64,000 nucleotides of DNA from an uncultured Pseudobdellovibrionaceae bacterium (GTDB lineage: Bacteria; Bdellovibrionota; Bdellovibrionia; Bdellovibrionales; UBA1609). The stretch covers positions 384,001 through 448,000 of the forward strand of contig CAWDNU010000004.1 in NCBI GenBank assembly GCA_963803705.1, in the 5' to 3' direction. Below are positions 60,463 to 64,000 of the stretch, piece after piece. Within the stretch, counting starts at the first letter, position 1. Every line of letters starts with the position of its first letter. Below the pieces are notes generated by a model. The model ran no database searches and was not told the origin of the DNA. It worked only from the letters and a program-made list of their open reading frames with translations. Both the position numbers and the translations under genes were made by a program.

Positions 60463-61932
60463 TTATTTAAAATCTTTTAAATTCAAACCTGTCTTTGGCG
60501 GCAGCGCTTTGGACCCATCATAATTAACTTTCATTAGATCTACTTGTGATTTCAAATAGGTTGATTTTAGTTTAATGTTTTGGGCTAAATTATTAATTTT
60601 GCCAGCCAACTCTAAACTTTTATCTTTCCCATTTAGAAAGCTATCTTGCAGTACATGAAGTTCGAAAATCATTTGAGTCACTGTCCCGTAAGCTTGGTAT
60701 AGAGTTAAATAGTAAATTTTTGATTTCAAGTCAGCGGACTTAAGCTGCTCAAACATTTCTACGATATTTTTCTGTGTTCCAAGCCAGTCTACTGAAAAAC
60801 GATTCCAGGCGGCTAAATTTTTGCTACTCAGCGAGCGATTATATATATTCAATGACTTTTGATACTGTCCTAATAAAGTTTCATTTAGATCAATCAGTTC
60901 ATTTAACTCTATCGACGCGCTTTCTCTGGCTTTAGAATGAAAACTTTCCAGTTGTTGATTATAACTACTAAGTCCCGACAGACCAAACTTATGGGTAGAG
61001 CTATACAGTTCTAAATTTTTCTTATCACAACTCAAACACGTAACAGACACGTTGTACTCTCCTGCAGGTAGGTACTCGCCTTGATCGCCTCGAATTGCGC
61101 CGGTTTGAAAATATGGGCTTGTTAGGTTTATTTCTACCGACTTACCAAACCTAAATGCATTTAAAAGAGAATCAGGATTGCCCTGAATGTCCACCCTAAT
61201 TTTAGATGCTGAAGGCAAATTTACGCTACCGACAAAAACCGGGTCTTTAAATGGCGTATCCTTTTCGTAAAAAACTAAGCTGGGGTCTTTTGTTGTAGCC
61301 GGTTTTTTTGCATTTGATATCAATTGAGCTTTAATCTCGGTGGGTAAGTCGCTGATAAATGATTTCGCTGAATACAGATTGTTAATTAAAATCCCGAAAA
61401 GAAAAAGAAGGGCAATTGATGAAAGGCCCAATCCAACTTGGTAATACCTTATGTTATCTTTGTTAAGTCCTAACTGACGTCCTAATAAAAAAGCACTTTG
61501 TTTCATTATAAACTTGAAGCTATTCATTTTATCAACCAAACCATCTTGGCCTTTAATGCTGACTACTTTTACCGAGTCTAAATTTGCAAAGCTCATTTCT
61601 TTGTCTTGAAATTTAATTCGATCGATAGACCCAAGTTGGGCCTGAAACGAAAAGTCATTATCTGAAATGTTTTCGATATCAAAGGTCCCGCAAGAACGAA
61701 AACTTTCGATGCACTTTAATGAAATCCATGCTTTAAGTCCTGGTCGCCAAATATGGTGATCAATTGATATCAGCCTATTTAAGAGCAGCTGATTTACCTG
61801 CTTGGTTGTAAGTGGACCAAAATGCCTAGTCTGGCGAAATATAAACCAATCACCTAGTTCGTGGCCGAGCTCAATTTGCTTAGGGTTTAGAAAATTTTCA
61901 TTACCAGTGTCTGGTGCTTTATCTGTATTCAC
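60463..61932 (-). CDS. GYF-domain (GYF_2/DUF4339-like) bitopic membrane protein
   Basis: WFI...FGPL......L....I.....IWRPGLKAW; single TM; periplasmic C-terminal domain. Confidence 0.8.
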   Translation of the reverse strand: MNTDKAPDTGNENFLNPKQIELGHELGDWFIFRQTRHFGPLTTKQVNQLLLNRLISIDHHIWRPGLKAWISLKCIESFRSCGTFDIENISDNDFSFQAQLGSIDRIKFQDKEMSFANLDSVKVVSIKGQDGLVDKMNSFKFIMKQSAFLLGRQLGLNKDNIRYYQVGLGLSSIALLFLFGILINNLYSAKSFISDLPTEIKAQLISNAKKPATTKDPSLVFYEKDTPFKDPVFVGSVNLPSASKIRVDIQGNPDSLLNAFRFGKSVEINLTSPYFQTGAIRGDQGEYLPAGEYNVSVTCLSCDKKNLELYSSTHKFGLSGLSSYNQQLESFHSKARESASIELNELIDLNETLLGQYQKSLNIYNRSLSSKNLAAWNRFSVDWLGTQKNIVEMFEQLKSADLKSKIYYLTLYQAYGTVTQMIFELHVLQDSFLNGKDKSLELAGKINNLAQNIKLKSTYLKSQVDLMKVNYDGSKALPPKTGLNLKDFK

Positions 61933-62172
61933 ACTCTAAATGCTATCAAAGATTGATGAAAATAGTATTGGGACAAGGATAAACCCAACTTAGGTAGTTA
62001 TGATTTTATTTGAACGACCTTAAAACCGGCAGATAAACACCTGAAATCTAGAACAGAGGCCTGGTTTAGGCAATTGACTTGTGTAAATACAAAAAAAAAT
62101 CCTCAACCTATGAAGCTCTTTTGTCATTTTTTTAATTAGATCAATTTAATTAGATTAAATAGATGAGCAGAT

Positions 62173-62904
62173 TTATATGGGAAGTTTATTCAAAACCTTA
62201 ATGACGACCCTGCGATTTTGCTCTTGGTTTTTTTGAATGGCTCCGCCACTTTCAGTCCTATTGGGTAAAATCGGCCTGGTCTCACCCAGACCAATGGTCA
62301 GTATTTGATCTCGGTTGAAACTGTAGTCTTCAAATAATCTAGCAACAGCATTAGCCCGAAGACTCGATAGCTCCCAATTGCTGGCAATGATGCCTCTACT
62401 TATTGGAGTGTCATCTGTATGTCCTTCAATTAAGTATTTTTTGTCACCAGCTTCATCGCTCAAGACCCTCAGTAATTCACTCATAAGGATTTTAGCGTCT
62501 GCGCGAGGCTTGTATGAGCCAGATAAGAAAAACAAAGTTCCTTCGAAAGTAATGGTAACTCCCGATTGTGCAATTGCTACATTAACTTGGTCTTTTAGCC
62601 CTCTTTCTGCAATTAAGTTTTTTATAGCTTTACCTGCTTTTTCAAAAGGCTCTACAACTTCGCCACCGAAATATAAGGCAGTTTGACTACCAACGGCTTT
62701 AAATTTGTCTTCGTCAAAACTAGACATTGAAAGCATCAATGCGAAAAAACCCATTAACAAAGTCATCATATCGGCGTAGCTAATAAGCCAAACGCCTTCT
62801 GTGTCTTCGTGTCCACCGTGCTCTTCTTCTATCTCTAAGAGCTGTTCTCCGAATTCCTCTTCGTGTGAAGTGTCATCAACTGAATATAAAGGTTCTTGAC
62901 TCAT
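62173..62904 (-). CDS. motB: Stator subunit MotB (OmpA-like PG-binding domain)
   Basis: WLISYADMMTLLMGFF with catalytic Asp; IEGHTD, NWELSSLRA, NRRV. Confidence 0.93.
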   Translation of the reverse strand: MSQEPLYSVDDTSHEEEFGEQLLEIEEEHGGHEDTEGVWLISYADMMTLLMGFFALMLSMSSFDEDKFKAVGSQTALYFGGEVVEPFEKAGKAIKNLIAERGLKDQVNVAIAQSGVTITFEGTLFFLSGSYKPRADAKILMSELLRVLSDEAGDKKYLIEGHTDDTPISRGIIASNWELSSLRANAVARLFEDYSFNRDQILTIGLGETRPILPNRTESGGAIQKNQEQNRRVVIKVLNKLPI

Positions 62905-62918
62905 CTTATCGGCTCCAA

Positions 62919-63737
62919 CTAGGCGGCTTTCTTCGATTTATTAGACAAGCTGCTGGCAACTTGCTTTAAAGCGTCCCTTTCACTTGGAAGTAAATAACTT
63001 TTAATGTTTTCTTCTACTAATAGAGGATGCTTTTTTGCACGTATCATTCTCATACCATCAATGATCATTTGCCGTGTAATTTTGTCCTGACGGTTAAACT
63101 TAGATAAATTTTCACCAATAGGTATGAAGATAAAATTTGATAAGGCTATACCATATAGCGTTGCAACCAGTGCCACGGCCATCTTAGGCCCAACGTTTTT
63201 AATTGCATCTGCACCACCTAAGCTTTCCATCAGACCAACCATTCCCACGACTGCGCCTAATAAGCCAAATGCTGGTGGAAATTTGGCTAAAGTTGTAAAC
63301 ATACTGGCGTCTTCTCCGTAGCGTTTAAAATGGGTAGAAGCTCTTTTTGTTAGTATCAGATCAATCTCTTTTTCCGATAGCCCTCCATCAATAGTAAGTT
63401 CAATAGCTTCTTTTAAAAAAGGGGTCTTTATATTCGAAACAGCTTTTGAAAGATAAGTGTCATCATTTCTGTAATTAGTCGCTAGATCGACCATTTCTAT
63501 GATGACGTCTGAGTATTGCTTTTGCGTACTTTTTAGCACTTTACTGGCAAAAACTTTACAAAGTAAAACAATGTTTTTCGCTGAAAAGCTTAACATTGCA
63601 GCGGCTGCCGTTCCGCCAATTACTATTAAACCCGCGTGCCAATCTAAAAAAACTAAAGGGTTTTTTGTAGATGTTAATGCGATTGTCAAAAACACTAATA
63701 GTGCTAAAATTAGCCCTGAAGCCGAGGATTTATTCAA
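62919..63737 (-). CDS. motA: Stator subunit MotA
   Basis: IVIGGT, PAFGLLG, MAVALVATLYG, FIPIG; AAGGAG SD and TTG start. Confidence 0.93.
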   Translation of the reverse strand: MNKSSASGLILALLVFLTIALTSTKNPLVFLDWHAGLIVIGGTAAAAMLSFSAKNIVLLCKVFASKVLKSTQKQYSDVIIEMVDLATNYRNDDTYLSKAVSNIKTPFLKEAIELTIDGGLSEKEIDLILTKRASTHFKRYGEDASMFTTLAKFPPAFGLLGAVVGMVGLMESLGGADAIKNVGPKMAVALVATLYGIALSNFIFIPIGENLSKFNRQDKITRQMIIDGMRMIRAKKHPLLVEENIKSYLLPSERDALKQVASSLSNKSKKAA

Positions 63738-63760
63738 GCTTTTGCTCCTTGTTAGTTACT

Positions 63761-63788
63761 TTTTCGGCTTCATAAATTAAGTGCATGA
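63761..63788 (-). promoter_or_regulatory. sigma28-like promoter TCAT-N16-GCCGAAAA
   Basis: Upstream of motA SD. Confidence 0.55.
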
Positions 63789-64000
63789 GTCTAGAACACT
63801 GATCATTAATTTTGAGTTGTCCTACAAGCCAGACTTTTGTAGGGTCAACTCAGAAAATTTGTTTAATTTGGGATCAAAAAATGGTTGAGAATGACACAAA
63901 AGCTAAAAACCCTGATCACGGTCTGACAGGTCATTCATCTACCACAGATGAGATAGCACGACTTATTAAAGCAAACGGCTTAAGGATGACAACTCAAAGA

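Noticed and set aside
56853..63737. Zorya anti-phage system (MotAB-like plus long coiled coil)
   Set aside because: MotA is normal length without the fused ZorA tail, and no ZorC/D/E helicase or nuclease is present; neighbours are adhesins and a FliG-like gene.
34910..63737. Ordinary flagellar gene cluster
   Set aside because: No flagellin, hook, rod, FliM/N or export genes in the window; the FliG-like protein has a signal peptide and TM.

Overview
AT-rich bacterial chromosome segment. Gene content suggests Bdellovibrionota (inference from many orphan secreted proteins, R-x-P-[AS] tails and giant Cys-rich lipoproteins). The left ~34 kb is a mosaic. It holds an ECF-sigma-controlled metal module with back-to-back TGTCACA-N16-CGTATTAA promoters, a TonB-receptor/thioredoxin/His-rich module split by a 13x7-bp VNTR, a BCCT transporter, MscS, pyrC, Tex, EamA and hydrolases. 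It also has several secreted orphans preceded by sigma54-type promoters, two copies of a 125-bp MITE, a decayed IS3 and a kinase-like gene broken by one amber codon. The right ~29 kb (34910-63737, all minus strand) is the most interesting part. It encodes a MotA/MotB stator, a GYF-domain membrane protein next to a 1199-aa coiled coil ending in PPLPPG, a LysM lipoprotein, two beta-barrels, three giant adhesin-like lipoproteins, a TPR lipoprotein, and a signal-peptide/TM-anchored FliG-like protein with an intact torque helix. No flagellar structural or export genes are present, and all five transcription units carry a sigma28-like promoter motif. I propose a non-flagellar ion-driven rotary machine coupled to surface adhesins. 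All family calls come from motifs read by eye; no database searches were run. No rRNA, tRNA or CRISPR array was seen.
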